64,000 nucleotides of DNA from Chlorokybus atmophyticus (taxonomy: Eukaryota > Plantae > Mesostigma and Chlorokybus algae). The notes beneath the pieces were generated by a model that saw only the letters and a list, made by a program, of their open reading frames with translations, was not told where the DNA came from and ran no database searches. Position numbers and translations under genes: made by a program. The stretch covers positions 186,001-250,000 of the forward strand of contig RHPI01000193.1 in NCBI GenBank assembly GCA_009103225.1, read 5' to 3'. This document shows positions 1 to 12,300 of the stretch, piece after piece. The stretch's first letter is position 1. Every line of letters starts with the position of its first letter.

Positions 1-2
1 CT

Positions 3-3000
3 GCTGGGGATAGGAAGGAGCCTCATGCACGGACGGATGCTGTGACATTTCCATTAAAGAAGCAAGAAGAGATGGCTTTGAACGCGCCAATGGTGGTGAG
101 TTATGCAAACGAGGAGACAACAAAGTACTTCGGGCTTCGAGCACACATTTGCGATGACCAAGGACGATGGAGAGAGTGTAAGCTCATGATTGATAGCGGT
201 GCCAACAGCAACTTCATGAGTATTGATATCGCGCGGCGTTACGGTTGGCTTTCGTCATTACGAGGAGGTGAAGTGAAGCTCGCTGATGGAGAGCCACCCT
301 CTGGAGGTGATGGCGCTGCGTTTATGACCAAAGAGTTGTGCGTTCGCATTGGGAAGATGAAGGAGAGCATGCGATTTTGCTGCATCACCCTACGGAACGG
401 GTTTGATGGGATTTTGGGACTACCGTGGCTATGGCAACATAATCCAGCCATCAATTGGAGGAAGCGCGTGCTCACCATCGAGCGAAACGGTGGAGAGTCC
501 ATTCAAGCTGCATCGGACGTCATCGAGGCGCGGCACGCACAATTAGGTGGTACGACAATTGCCCAGATCTCTTATGTGCAATTGAGGAAGTTATTGTCTC
601 CACGGAAGGCAAAGGCTGCATGGTTGTGCGTGGTGCGCGAAAACACTGCAAAGTCAGCACCGGAGCTGAGTGACGATGTTCAGACGGCTACTATGGACCC
701 CGAGGTGTGTAAACTTGTTAAAGAATACCAAGATATCATGGTGGACGGACTTCCATCTGGTCTACCACCTCCACGGAGCGTAGACCACCGTGTGGAGCTG
801 ATTGAGGGCGTGCACAAGCCACCGTATCGACCCGTATACAAGTTGTCACCTTTGGAACTGGAAGAGGCCGAGAGGCAGGTGGCGGACTTGCTGAAAAGAG
901 GCTACATCAGGCCTAGTAAGTCCCCCTATGGTGCACCTATTTTGTTTGTACGAAAGAAGAACGGGAGCTTGCGCATGTGCGTCGACTACCGAGCTCTCAA
1001 CAACATCACGAAGAGGAATTGCTTTCCACTCCCACGTATCGACGAGTTGCTGGAGCAATTGCAAGGTGCGCAGTACTTCACAACACTTGATCTTGCTGGA
1101 GGTTATCACCAAATTCGCATCGCGCCCGAGGATGTGGAGAAAACAGCTTTTAACACACGTTATGGGCACTACGAGTGGTTGGTCATGTCCTTCGGACTTA
1201 CGAACGCACCGGCAACATTTCAAACGCTTATGAACAGCGTTTTTGCTGACTTGATTGGTAAGGGAGTCCTCGTGTACCTCGACGACATTTTGGTGTACGC
1301 GACAACCAAGGAGGAGCACGTGGCACTTCTACGGCGCGTGTTGCAGCGTTTGCGCGAACACAAGTTGTACGCCCAGCTACAGAAGTGCAAATTCTTGCTT
1401 CGAGAGGTGGAGTACCTAGGCCACATTGTGTCGCATGAAGGCATCAAGCCGGACCCCAACAAAGTGCAGGTGGTGCGCGAGTGGGCTGCCCCGACCAATG
1501 TAAAGGAGGTGATGTCCTTTTTAGGCCTTGCGGGGTATTATCGCAAGTTTATTATGGGGTTTTCGCGCATAGCTGCTCCCTTGACTACCCTACTGAAGAA
1601 GGGAAAGCATTGGAGCTGGTCAGCAACAGAGGAACATGCATTTGCTGCGTTGAAGAAGGCGCTGACGGAGGCACCAGTCCTGGCTCACCCCAACATGGAA
1701 AAGACATTTATTTTGGCTTGCGACGCGTCCGACACAGCCGTAGGAGCTGTTTTGCAGCAAGACCATGGCAACGGCCTTCAACCAGTAGCATTCTTCAGCA
1801 AGAAGATGAGTGGTGCGGAGCTGAATTACCCCGTGCACGAGAAGGAACTTTTAGCGCAAGTCATGGCGCTACGACAATGGCGTTGTTTTCTGGAAGGCAA
1901 AAAGTTCGTGCTTGAGACGGATCACTCTCCACTGAGGTACTTACAAACACAACCTCATCTGAGTCGCAGACAAGCTCGATGGCTTGAGTTCTTTCAACTT
2001 TTTGACTTCGATATCAAGTACAAGCCCGGTACGTCAAATGGTGTTGCTGACGCGCTGAGCCGGCTTAATGCAATTGAGGCACTCGCTCAAGTGCAGCCCG
2101 AGTGGACCGACCAGATTCGGCAAGTGCTTCGTGAAGACACGGAGGGTATGAAAGTGTTGCAAGAGCTGGAAAATACAGCTACGGACACAAGTGGGCACTG
2201 GTCAATGCGCGACGGGCTGCTGTGGCACCATGGGCGCTTGTACATCCCCAACGTCGCGCATATCCGTGTGAAGTTGCTGAAGGAAGCTCATGACGTGCCC
2301 ATTGCTGGTCACCAAGGGTTGGAAAGGACTTTGGCAAGCTTAAAACAGCGTTTTTACTGGCGAGAGATGCATCGCGATGTGCGCGACTACGTGGCGTTGT
2401 GCGACGCATGCCAAAGGGTGAAGGCAAGCAACCAAAAGCCAGGTGGGTTGCTGCAACCTCTCCCTGTGCCATTGTCCAAGTGGGAGCAAGTTACCATGGA
2501 CTTTATCACGGGGCTACCAAAGACAAAAGAAGGGTACGACGCTATACTTGTGTTCGTCGATAAAACCAGCAAAATGGTACGCTTGGCACCGTGTAGTGAG
2601 TCTTGCACGGCACCGGAGGCAGCACGCTTGTTCGTGAAGCATGTATTTCGTTCTCATGGATTACCACGAAGCATTGTGAGTGATCGCGACCCGCGCTTTA
2701 CAAGTAAGTTTTGGGAGGCGCTGCATAGTGCACTGGGTACCACACTGAAGTTTAGCACGGCATTCCACCCGCAAACTGATGGGCAAACGGAGCGGGCCAA
2801 CCGTGTGATCGAGGACATGCTGCGTTGCTACGTTAACGCGCGACAAGACAATTGGGAGGAGCTGCTTGAGTTGGTTGAGTTTGCGATCAACAACCACCAC
2901 AATGCAAGCACAGGTGTCACTCCCTTCCTTATGAACTACGGGCAACATCCATTGACACCGTTGACGGCATGGACACCGCGACGACATGACGTGCGTGTGG

Positions 3001-3575
3001 AGGCAGCTAATGACTTCCTTACAAAGTGCGCGGACATTAACAAGGCAGCTAGGGATGCGTTATTGGTGGCACAAAATCGGCAGAAGCAGTACGCGGACGC
3101 GCATCGCCGACACCTCACGTTTCAGGAAGGCGACATTGTGTTACTCTCCGCGAAGCACGTCCAGGTGCGTACGGGAGTTCGCAAGCTGAATGAACGCTGG
3201 TTGGGACCATTTAAGGTCAGCAAAGTTATCTCGGACGTGGCGTACAAGTTGGAGCTACCCGACACCATGCGTGTGCACCCCGTTTTTCACGTCTCCCTTC
3301 TGAAAGCATATCGAGGACAACCGCCAGAAAGGCCACCCCCCGAAGTTGGCACGGACGGTGAACCCGAGTGGGAGGTAGAAGACATCCTTGGTGAGAAGTT
3401 TGTGCATGGCGTACGCAAGTTCTTAGTGAAATGGAAGGGCTATCCGTTGCATGAAGCATCCTGGGAGCCAGAGGCACACTTGACTAATGCTCAAGACGTT
3501 GTGCGTGCCTATCTTGCTCGACGACAACCTCGCGAGCTTCGAGGACGAAGCTCACCTGGGGGGGGAGGAGTGTAA
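3..3575 (+). CDS. pol: Gypsy Pol polyprotein (aspartic protease, RT, RNase H, integrase, chromodomain)
   Basis: Protease MIDSGA. RT LRMCVDYRALN, FGLTNAPATFQ, YLDD. RNase H DAS. Integrase HHCC (H..GH...CDACQ), MDFI, DRDPRF, QTERAN, GPF. Chromodomain WEVEDIL..FLVKWKGYP..ASWEP. The frame is open from base 3; the ORF track calls it from 42. Confidence 0.97.
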   Translation, partial: AGDRKEPHARTDAVTFPLKKQEEMALNAPMVVSYANEETTKYFGLRAHICDDQGRWRECKLMIDSGANSNFMSIDIARRYGWLSSLRGGEVKLADGEPPSGGDGAAFMTKELCVRIGKMKESMRFCCITLRNGFDGILGLPWLWQHNPAINWRKRVLTIERNGGESIQAASDVIEARHAQLGGTTIAQISYVQLRKLLSPRKAKAAWLCVVRENTAKSAPELSDDVQTATMDPEVCKLVKEYQDIMVDGLPSGLPPPRSVDHRVELIEGVHKPPYRPVYKLSPLELEEAERQVADLLKRGYIRPSKSPYGAPILFVRKKNGSLRMCVDYRALNNITKRNCFPLPRIDELLEQLQGAQYFTTLDLAGGYHQIRIAPEDVEKTAFNTRYGHYEWLVMSFGLTNAPATFQTLMNSVFADLIGKGVLVYLDDILVYATTKEEHVALLRRVLQRLREHKLYAQLQKCKFLLREVEYLGHIVSHEGIKPDPNKVQVVREWAAPTNVKEVMSFLGLAGYYRKFIMGFSRIAAPLTTLLKKGKHWSWSATEEHAFAALKKALTEAPVLAHPNMEKTFILACDASDTAVGAVLQQDHGNGLQPVAFFSKKMSGAELNYPVHEKELLAQVMALRQWRCFLEGKKFVLETDHSPLRYLQTQPHLSRRQARWLEFFQLFDFDIKYKPGTSNGVADALSRLNAIEALAQVQPEWTDQIRQVLREDTEGMKVLQELENTATDTSGHWSMRDGLLWHHGRLYIPNVAHIRVKLLKEAHDVPIAGHQGLERTLASLKQRFYWREMHRDVRDYVALCDACQRVKASNQKPGGLLQPLPVPLSKWEQVTMDFITGLPKTKEGYDAILVFVDKTSKMVRLAPCSESCTAPEAARLFVKHVFRSHGLPRSIVSDRDPRFTSKFWEALHSALGTTLKFSTAFHPQTDGQTERANRVIEDMLRCYVNARQDNWEELLELVEFAINNHHNASTGVTPFLMNYGQHPLTPLTAWTPRRHDVRVEAANDFLTKCADINKAARDALLVAQNRQKQYADAHRRHLTFQEGDIVLLSAKHVQVRTGVRKLNERWLGPFKVSKVISDVAYKLELPDTMRVHPVFHVSLLKAYRGQPPERPPPEVGTDGEPEWEVEDILGEKFVHGVRKFLVKWKGYPLHEASWEPEAHLTNAQDVVRAYLARRQPRELRGRSSPGGGGV

Positions 3576-4223
3576 CAGTCAAGGCCAAATTCTGTGATTT
3601 TCATGGCCGTTTTAGGCCTTATTTGTAAGGTACATGTTTTTAATGACTTGTGGCGGATATCGGCGAGTTATGAGTCTGCCGCGGATATCGACCGGGGCCC
3701 CAAGACCAGTCCGGAAGGTGCCAGAAAACGGAGGGCCAGTCGAGAAGGGCTCGACCAGATTTCTGGAAGGGCCTGGCGCCAAGTAGTATAACTTGACCAT
3801 ATGAGCAGCAAATTAGGAGATCTTTGGTGCGTTGGAAAGGTCTAGAAGTGTTATATCTTAGCTTCTAGTTCCGTCTAGCGCTAGAATCGTCTAGACAGTA
3901 GCATGTGCAGACTGGTAGGTATAAAAGTGACATTCTACAATTTGCAATACAACCTTTAGCTCCCTAGTTTCTTGTGTGCAAGCTTGGTGGTGGCTAGCAG
4001 GGATTGCTAGCGTGTGTCCACCGGTGTGTGCTTGCTTGTGTGACGATCCAAGGCGCTACACAAGTCGGTGTGTAGCTTCGAGCGCATGTGCGTGCGTACG
4101 CGAGTGGCGGGGCGCGCGTGTGTGCTTGGCAGAGGTGCAAGGTTCCGGTGTGAATACCGTGTCTTGGTGAGAGGGTTGTGGATTGAACCAACTCACAGGT
4201 GACAAGGCACGAGCACCGTCACA
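3571..4223 (+). repeat. 3' LTR (653 bp) of chromovirus copy 1
   Basis: TG...CA ends, immediately after the PPT, internal TATAAAA. Aligns end to end with 38370-39041. Confidence 0.92.
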
Positions 4224-6720
4224 ACAAGGTATTGCCATTCGGGTTGACAAATGCTCATGCAACCTTTTAAGCTTGATGAACCAAGTGTTCAACAGGCTGA
4301 TTGGTAAAACAGTTCTCGTGTACTTTGATGATATCCAAGCAAGTGCATGTCACGCATGTGCGTAAAGTGTTGAATACACTGCATACGTACAAGTTCTATG
4401 CGGTGATGGAAAAGTGTAAGATTGGGAAGCCTCAGCTAGTTCCGAGCTGATTCCTGGGCCACATTGTGAGCATCGAAGGTATCCGTGTGGATTTCAAGAA
4501 AGTTGTTGCAGTCAAGGACTGGCCAATGCCAAAGAACGTGCATGAGCTCCGTTCAGTCCTTGGTCTTAACAACTACTCCAAGAAGTTCATTTTGGGGTAG
4601 TCAACGAGAGCAGCCCCTCTCACTGATCTTACACATGATACAGTGGCAATGAATTGAAAAAGCAGCAATCTGCCTTTAACTCAGTCAAAGATGCTTTGAT
4701 GCAAGCACCCATGTTGCGCTTGCCAGACTATGCAAAGCACTTTGAGCTGATCAGTGATGCAAGCATCTCTAGAACGGGAGCTATGTTGCTGCAAAAAGGT
4801 CATTCATTGGCATATTTTCGCAAGAAATTTTCTCCAGCTGAGAAATACTACACCACAATAGAGCAAGAGCTCCTAGGTGTAATCCACGTGCTAATGGAAT
4901 GGCGCTGCTACTTAGAGGGGTGGAAGGCGGTTTCACAGTTGTCACCGACCACAACCCACTTACTTCCTTCCAGACCCAACCAAAGCCGTCAAGATTACAA
5001 GCTCGGTAAGCTGAGTTCAAGTTAAGGTTCAATTGCAACTGGGTTTACTGGCTTGGAAGAGTTAACAAGGCAGACCATTTCAGTAGATCACCTTTGCTAC
5101 TGGCAGTATATAACCAGATCCCAAAGACAGGGCATGTCTCAAAGTGATACTCAACCAAATGGGGAGGTATTAACTATCTAGCAAAGCATAGTAACAAAAG
5201 GCTGAGATCCAAGTGGGGAGGACCTTCGCATGTCAAACAGAGATGTTCTTTAGCATATCAAGATCGTCATCTGTGGAAGATGACGATCTTGATATGCTAA
5301 ACAAGTTGTCTTGTGCGTACTCAGAAGACCCATGGTTTTGCAGCTTATTTGAACAAGCTGACTCAAATCTTGTGTGCAACAAAGGTTAGTATTACAAGAG
5401 TAAGCTGGTCGTGCCTCACATGTTCGTCTTACGACAGGATTCACTCATACATGAAGTTCATGTATGAGGCTCACAACGCCATGTGTAGTGGCCATTTGGG
5501 CGCGCGCAAGACCATCAAGCAGCTCGAGAGGTTGTACTGGTGGCCAAGCATGGCAGCTGATACAGCGAGGTACGTAGATACCTGTGACATGTGTCAACGC
5601 ACAAAGGCTTTATGTAGGAAGCCTGCTGGTCTGCTAAAGCCATTGCAGATACCAGAGTATCAGTGGCAAAGTGTTAGCATGGATCTAATCACTGAGCTAT
5701 TTGTGACTAGGAAAGGTTACAATGCAGTCATAGTCTTTGTTGGTAGACTGCCAAAATGATAAGGTTTGAGCCCTGCTGCACTGATATAGACGCCAGAGAG
5801 TTTGCTTTCTGTTTCATCAACTTAGTGTTCAAGTCCCATGGGGTGCTGTAAGAGTTGGTATAATACAGGAATCCCAAGTTTGTGAGTAAGTTCTGGCGAG
5901 CTGTATGTGGGTTCATGGGGACCAAGCAGAGCTGAGTACAGCCTATCACCCACACAGTCTGATGGACAGATTGAGCGAGTGAATCAGGTACTGAAAGATG
6001 TGCTATGTAGCTACACTTCCTCAAGGTATAATAGTTGGATAAGTATCTCCCTCTAGCTGAGTTTCCTTTGAACAATGCTTGGCATGAGACCACGCAGAGC
6101 ACTCCCTCCTATCTCAACTATGGTCGTCATCCAATGACACCCACGGCATTGCAAGTTATGGCAGGAAGTTAAGTGCCTGCTGTCAAAGACTTTTTTGTTG
6201 ATATGCATGCGTGCTTAAAGCATGCTAAGCAATGCAGCAAAGCTACACAAGACATGGCTAAGATGTATGCAGATGCACATTGCAGGCCTAGTGACAACTT
6301 GGCAGTTGGAGATCGGGTTCTGTTGAGCTCAAAAAACATCAAGCTGAAGGTGCCAGCTCCACAGATTACAACCCAAATGGTTGGGACCACTTAAGGTAAC
6401 TGAGCTAATAGGTGATCGGGCATGCCGTCTGAAACTACCATCACGTGTGAAGATATGTGATGTGTTTCATGTACCTCTATTCAAGCTGTATAAGAGCGAT
6501 GGCTCGATGCAGCCCCCACCTCCTGTTGGGGTTGAGGGTGGCCTTGAGTATGAGGTTGAGGCAATACCGCAGAAGCGGTTTGTTAAGTACAAGAAGTTTA
6601 TTAAGACTGAGTATATAATCAAGTGGCAGGGTATGGCGAGGAACATAACACCTGGGAGCTTGTTGCTAACATGACCAGCTGTGCGGACATGGTAGCGGAG
6701 TTTAAGAATGAACTCCAATC
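4224..6720 (+). pseudogene. Older degenerate Ty3/gypsy chromovirus pol (RT 3' half, RNase H, integrase, chromodomain) interrupted by copy 1
   Basis: Resumes right after the LTR as KVLPFGLTNAHATF-SLMNQVF, YFDD. Later come ISDAS, GHLGARKT..CDMCQ, GP-KV..DVFHV and EYEVEAI..YIIKWQG, with many stops and frameshifts. Confidence 0.92.
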
Positions 6721-6851
6721 TACAAGGGCCACAGTAAGAGCATCACAAGTGTGTTAGCTCTGCTGGCAAGCAAGTGCACATGCTGTCAGTTTCTTCCCTT
6801 GGCTACCATTAACCAGCGCGCTATTGATTGTGGTTTGTACTTTTGTGACTT

Positions 6852-7350
6852 CACAGGGCTTTTTACGCGCGGACCAGTCGTACGCGGCCCGCAGACCACA
6901 TCTGGTTCGCTGTGGCGTACCAGTGCCGCGACTGGTCCGGCGTGACGGGACCACCGGTGGTCCCGCCCCGGAGCCGGATGGCCTGGTCCGATAGACTGGA
7001 CCAGGGCTGGTCGCAGGCCCCACGGCCTGCGAACTGATGCAGCACTGGTCAGCACGCGGCTTGAGCAGTAGGATCAGGGCAGGCCGCGCCCCCCTCGGCC
7101 TGCGAACCAGAGGAGCACTGGTACATCACGCGTGTACTGTACGGACCTATTATGGTTTTGCCAAGCAGGACCATGCTGCAGTGGTATGGTCGCAAGCGGC
7201 CCTTGTAGACCATGCCTGGTCTGGGATCAGCACTCAACAACGGGCTCATGAATATTACGGACCAGGGTTGGAGCGGTACATCAGCAGCTACTTGGACCAG
7301 ATCATTGCGCACCTAGCCTGGGCATGACGACACATCACCTGGTCCTTTGT
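6852..7350. repeat. Cluster of GGACC(A)/(T)GGTCC motifs in both orientations starting at a CACAGGG end; probable subterminal region of a CMC/CACTA-like DNA transposon
   Basis: More than 12 GGACC/GGTCC/GACCA motifs in about 500 bp, several as facing pairs (GGGACCACCGGTGGTCCC). The same motif family occurs at 31677-31980 beside a CACTA transposase. No matching right TIR was found. Confidence 0.55.
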
Positions 7351-7369
7351 TCCCACGGTCTCGTGCGCC

Positions 7370-8575
7370 AATGCTAAACAAGCAGCAGGCACTCGGTGGC
7401 ATGGTGCCCTGTCCATTTGCTAAGGTTATGGGCTTGCGCTGCAATTTCAGCGGCGGCGATAACTTTTGGGGCAGCTGGTTTCGTGGGTACTACGCATGCA
7501 CCCAGCATGGCGGAAAGCAGCTGATATAGCTGAAAGACTACACCAGTTTATTAGACTCAAGCTATTTGTAGTCAACCGAGCAGCTTGGCGCAAGCGGAGG
7601 CAGCGTTCCAAGTTGGTTCTTAACGCAACTCAAGGTCTCTTACGCCAAAAGGACTTGGAGTTAAGCCAAAGAGAGCAAGCTCTTGCTCGAAGAGAAGCTG
7701 GGGTGTCCCAACTTTTGGCTAGTAGCGGCCTCGCTGGTGACAACGCGTCCCCCATGGAGGTGGATGGGCGCGCAGACCCTTTACTCAGGTAACATCCTTG
7801 CCCCCACTGGCTAGCTTGCAAGCCTGGTTGTTTGCGACAACTAACACAGCTAACACAGATTTTCTGAGAGCTTTGAAACTTTGTCCTGCTATGAGCGTGC
7901 TTGCAGTTGTTAAGCGCCTACTCAATTTGCCAAGCCGTCCAGCAAGTAAGTGAGTGGTATCGTTACATACCAGCAGCTGTGACCACGGCGACATGATTGA
8001 AGGGACCAATCAAGACTTGCATAACCAAGGTGGGTTACGATGCACTATTAATGCCACATGCACATGCACAGCCTCAAGTATCTTGCACATGACATACATT
8101 GTGAATACCACATGCACAGCCTCATGCACAGCCTCCAGTGTCATGCACATGAACAGCATGACCAATCTTGCAAATGCACCGCCTATTTATACTTGCGGGA
8201 GCTCACAAGTTGCAAAAAAGAAGTTGCGGAGTACCACGAACGCGTAATCCATGGCGTAGTTTGAGGCTGACTGTTTGAAGCTAATTGTCTGAGGCTGTTT
8301 GCCTGGCGGAGTGCAATAAAGCGGAAGACAAGGTAAGCATGCATATGTTGATGGGCTAATCCTCTGGTAGCACGCCACTCTTATAGCATTATCAAATGCG
8401 GGTGGTCACTCTCAGAGCAGCCATCAAGCGCATGCGCGTGCACGACGAGGTGCCAAACTTCAAGCTGAAGGACGAAGTAGCCGCTGTATTCCAAGCGAGC
8501 GAGGCAGCAAGTGAAGATGACTCTAATATTGAAGCAGAAGACTTGTCGGAGGAGGAACAGGAGGAGGGGGTCTAA
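7370..8575 (+). pseudogene. Degenerate multi-exon ORF of unknown function (coiled coil, acidic tail); possible accessory gene of the element above
   Basis: Exon-like segments CPFAKVMGLRCNF / QLVSWVLRMHPAW..QKDLELSQREQALARRE |GTAAC, and a last exon HYQMRVVTLRAAIKRMR...EDLSEEEQEEGV*. Stops and frameshifts are present. Confidence 0.4.
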
Positions 8576-8857
8576 GGCAGGCACCACGGGTTGACAAGCT
8601 GCGCATGAGTGTGACAGCTAGACACAATGTTGTAGGTGGTTTTATGCGCAAGTCGGCGGCTTAGTTGCAAGTGGACATACTCTCACCAATTCCGGTTTGT
8701 TGTATAAATTGTGGCTTATACTTGCAAGACCAATCAATCAGTCTAAAGTTTGTACAAGCTGCATAGCATGTTAGTATTGGCTTACGGCAAAAATTGTCAA
8801 CTTTTGTCAAATGGTAAGGGTCATATATTAACAGCAGTGTAACGAGAAGGAAACCGC

Positions 8858-9325
8858 CGGCTATCGCTGTCAGCTATCCGTAACTAATGGCTAACGGCCG
8901 TTTTTGCACATCGACCAAAGGGTAATTGGTTGACGAATCTCGGCCGGCCACTGCCACAGAAAACCACTTTCGGCCCGCGGCCGTCTGCGTCAGTCCACAT
9001 AAGCCAACGGCAAACTCAACAGTCCAAATTTAACATTTTAGGCAGCGGCAGGCAGGTTGAGGCACCCGTCAGCCCCTCAGTCCTCAGTCTTCGGCTATTG
9101 CTGTCAGCTGTCCGTAACTACTGGCTAACGGCCGTCTGTGCACATCGACAAAAGGGTAACTGATTAACAACTCTCGGCCGGTCAACGCCAGTGACAACCA
9201 CTTTTGGCCTGCGACCGTCTGAGTCAGTCCACATAAGCTAGTGGCAAACCAAATAATCCAAAAGTAATGTTTTAGGTAGCAGCAGGCAGGCTCAGGCAGG
9301 CTTAGGCACCCATAGATCCCTCAGT
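8858..9325. repeat. Diverged tandem duplication, 234-bp period, two copies
   Basis: CGGCTATCGCTGTCAGCTATCCGTAACTA at 8858 and CGGCTATTGCTGTCAGCTGTCCGTAACTA at 9092; colinear similarity continues to the AGGCACCC...CCCTCAGT tails. Confidence 0.85.
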
Positions 9326-9399
9326 TTCTAATCAGTTACCGTGTACAATTTGCGATGGTTAGTGGGCATGCGTGTGCAAAGAGAGTGTCGGGCGAGGAG

Positions 9400-12300
9400 T
9401 CGAGAATGGTGTCAGGCGGCGGCGCTGTTAGACGGGATGCATATGAGATCGAGTTATATATTGGGGTGGGTGGCGCAGGTAGCACAGACACCGGTGCAGG
9501 TACATGTATCCCTGCCCTTCCCATCCACATATCCCTTCACGCATGCGCGTCGGCAGCAGTAGCATAGTACACTCTTCCGGCTACCATGAACGCCAATGGC
9601 GTGCAGTTCCTAGACGACACCTCTTTGGCGACACCGTATGTGTTAGCGGCGGAGACGGCAGTAGCAGCGGCATCGACATCGATATGCACATTATCATTGA
9701 ACTCGGCCATGGCAGCCTAGCGGTGAGTCTGGCAGATCGCACACCCCACCCACCCTCAGTCGCCGAATAAGGGGCGGCCCATGTGCCAGTTAAGCCAATT
9801 GCGCAATTGGGACGTCCAGCTCGGTAAACGGCGAACAGTCGGCGTCGGCCACACAACAGCACCAGCAGTGGCAGCCTCTACCTCTCGGTATCCAACGATG
9901 CGCAGAGCGGGGCGCAGCTGGCCGAACGACAGTAATACTCGTCAGCTGCGCCAGCGCACAGCAGCGCCGGAGACCACATTGCCAGCAAAGATCCCAATGC
10001 AGTCCGCCCAGATCAATTAGGCTGATCAAGTGGCGGCGACGATGGTGTTAGAGGCGTCGCTATCGACCTGGTTGCCCTCGCCTGCGCCTTCAGACCGGCC
10101 ATTTGTCCCACAAGGGCACCACACTAGTTGAGCACCTTTCAGCGTCGCGCGCAACCCCTGCCGTCGCAGACGTCACCATATCGCCCGATCAAACTGCACC
10201 CGACCAGGCAAGAGGGCAGCGACCAGGCCTAGCCTACAGACACAGCGCCCGTCTCCAACGGCTCCTCCGCTAGGCTGCCGTAAAAATTGAGGCTCGCGGC
10301 CATGCCCGACCGCGACGACGTTATCACCCGCGGATTGTGGCGGGGGCCGCTGCAACTTGTGCAGTCGATTGTATGCAACGACGGCCGGCCTGGCAACATA
10401 ATAATGAGGGTGTCAAGCGTGTCTCGACACGGGTAATCGTAATCAAGCTGCTACGCCGGCGACGGCGGCCCGAAACATGCCCTCGATTCCGCCTTCTGTT
10501 GTAGCATGGGCGTGGGCGCGAGGTCGAGACATGTCGGCCAATTTGCAGCCGGATGGCGTGCGGACCATATTACACGTCCCTTACTGCTCGAACGAACGAG
10601 GGGCGTTGCGCATCCATAGCGCTGGTGCGCATTGCCACGTCACTCATGGACGCGGGGTGGCACCTGTGGCTCAAGTTGTCATGTCTTCTTTTGGCGGCGT
10701 GTCCGAACCAGGATCAGCGCCACATCTGTGGGATTGTGTGAGACAGGTGCCGCCAATTCAAGGCTGGTGATTGGGCACATCTGTGGAAGGACAAGCAAGC
10801 AGCTGCATCGGTTGCAAAGCATGACGATTGTCACCGGCGGCGGCGCGCCGACCGTCAGAATGAAATCAGCGACGGGCGATCGCCTTAACGCAGGCAAGAT
10901 AGCTTTGCCGTGCCAGGCGGCTCTCGTCCATCCGCGCCAGCCACGCCTGACGATGCCATAGAGGCTGAGCTACATCGCCTTCACCCCGTACCGTTGGCCC
11001 CGGTATCAGCGTGGGTACTGGCTTTTAGGCCGGAAGAAACCGTCGACCTTTCGGCCATAATGCTCCGCGACTGATTATTGACGGCGCCAGCTGAAAGCCC
11101 CCGGCTCATCGAGCTGATCGTACGAGTACATGAGGGAGGTGTTGCTGGCGGGCGCGGCGCACACGGCCACGTGGGCGCAATTCACCAATATTTGTGACCT
11201 TTTGATGGGGGGGGGGGGGGGGGGGGATGNNNNNNNNNNNNNNNNNNNNNNNNNNNNNNNNNNNNNNNNNNNNNNNNNNNNNNNNNNNNNNNNNNNNNNN
11301 NNNNNNNNNNNNNNNNNNNNNNNNNNNNNNNNGGAGGGGGGCAGTTTTACCGGCAGTGGTGAGGGCGTTGGCGACGTCGTCGCTGTCATCTTAATGTAAA
11401 AACTCTACATCGGCGGGGGGCGGCATCTGCCCAATTGTGGTGGGTGACGTACTGCAGCGTTTGATGACGCGTTGCTGGCATGAGACATCACCGGTAGAAA
11501 TGGGTTTCGGCAAATCAGGTTGGATCTGCAACTTTGTAATGGACGAAGCCGGATATTATTTGCGGTTTTCATTAATATTACGGCGGATCCGTATAAATGT
11601 TGTAGCTGCAGCCGAAATTTTATTGCGACCTGTCACAAACGGCAATCCGCCGGTGACGATCGTAAGTACCGGATCCCCAACAACGTTGAGGATTCGTGTT
11701 TCCGTAATCAAGGGTTCAGGCAGTGAGAAAGACTTGTGTAAGTCGCAATTACAACTGTGACCAATTCTTTAACAATGCGTCTTTACTCCCTAACGCAATT
11801 GAGGACATGGCGATAACATCAGAGTGCATTTAAGTTGCAAGCTAAAGCTGCCACATCATTATTGAAGTTGTGACCGGTTTCATCAACGATACGAGACTTT
11901 ATACTTAACAAACTCGGAACGCTAAGATCAATCCTTCCATTACTACAAACCATAATAATTTTACGACCTCATCATTGCCAAATTGCCGGTTCAACCGCGC
12001 GGCCTATTCATGGCTTGCCCCGCGGCCTGCTAGTAGCAGGCCGCGGGGCAAGCAAGTAGAATGCTGCGACTTGCATGTATAATCATTGGTAAACCGTGGT
12101 AGCACATGAGGTAAACATGTGAAGACTTGACCAGAACTCCGCAACCAACTTTGCGCCAGCAGATGACGCATGGCGCATAATGCAAACCGCTGCCGGTAAT
12201 CTCGCGCTGTGATTGGATAAAACGGCAAGTCGAACAAAGTCTTCCTCCCCAAGTCACCTTTAACGTGGTAAAATCCACCTTCACCTTTACCTTTTTGATA

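Larger units (their letters stand above)
1..4223 (+). mobile_element. Ty3/gypsy chromovirus LTR retrotransposon, copy 1 (3' part: pol, PPT, 3' LTR; 5' part lies outside the window)
   Basis: Uninterrupted PR-RT-RH-IN-chromodomain ORF, then PPT GGGGGGGGAGGAG (3558-3570), then an LTR from TGTAAC (3571) to GTCACA (4223). The LTR recurs at 35216-35735 and 38370-39041. Confidence 0.97.
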
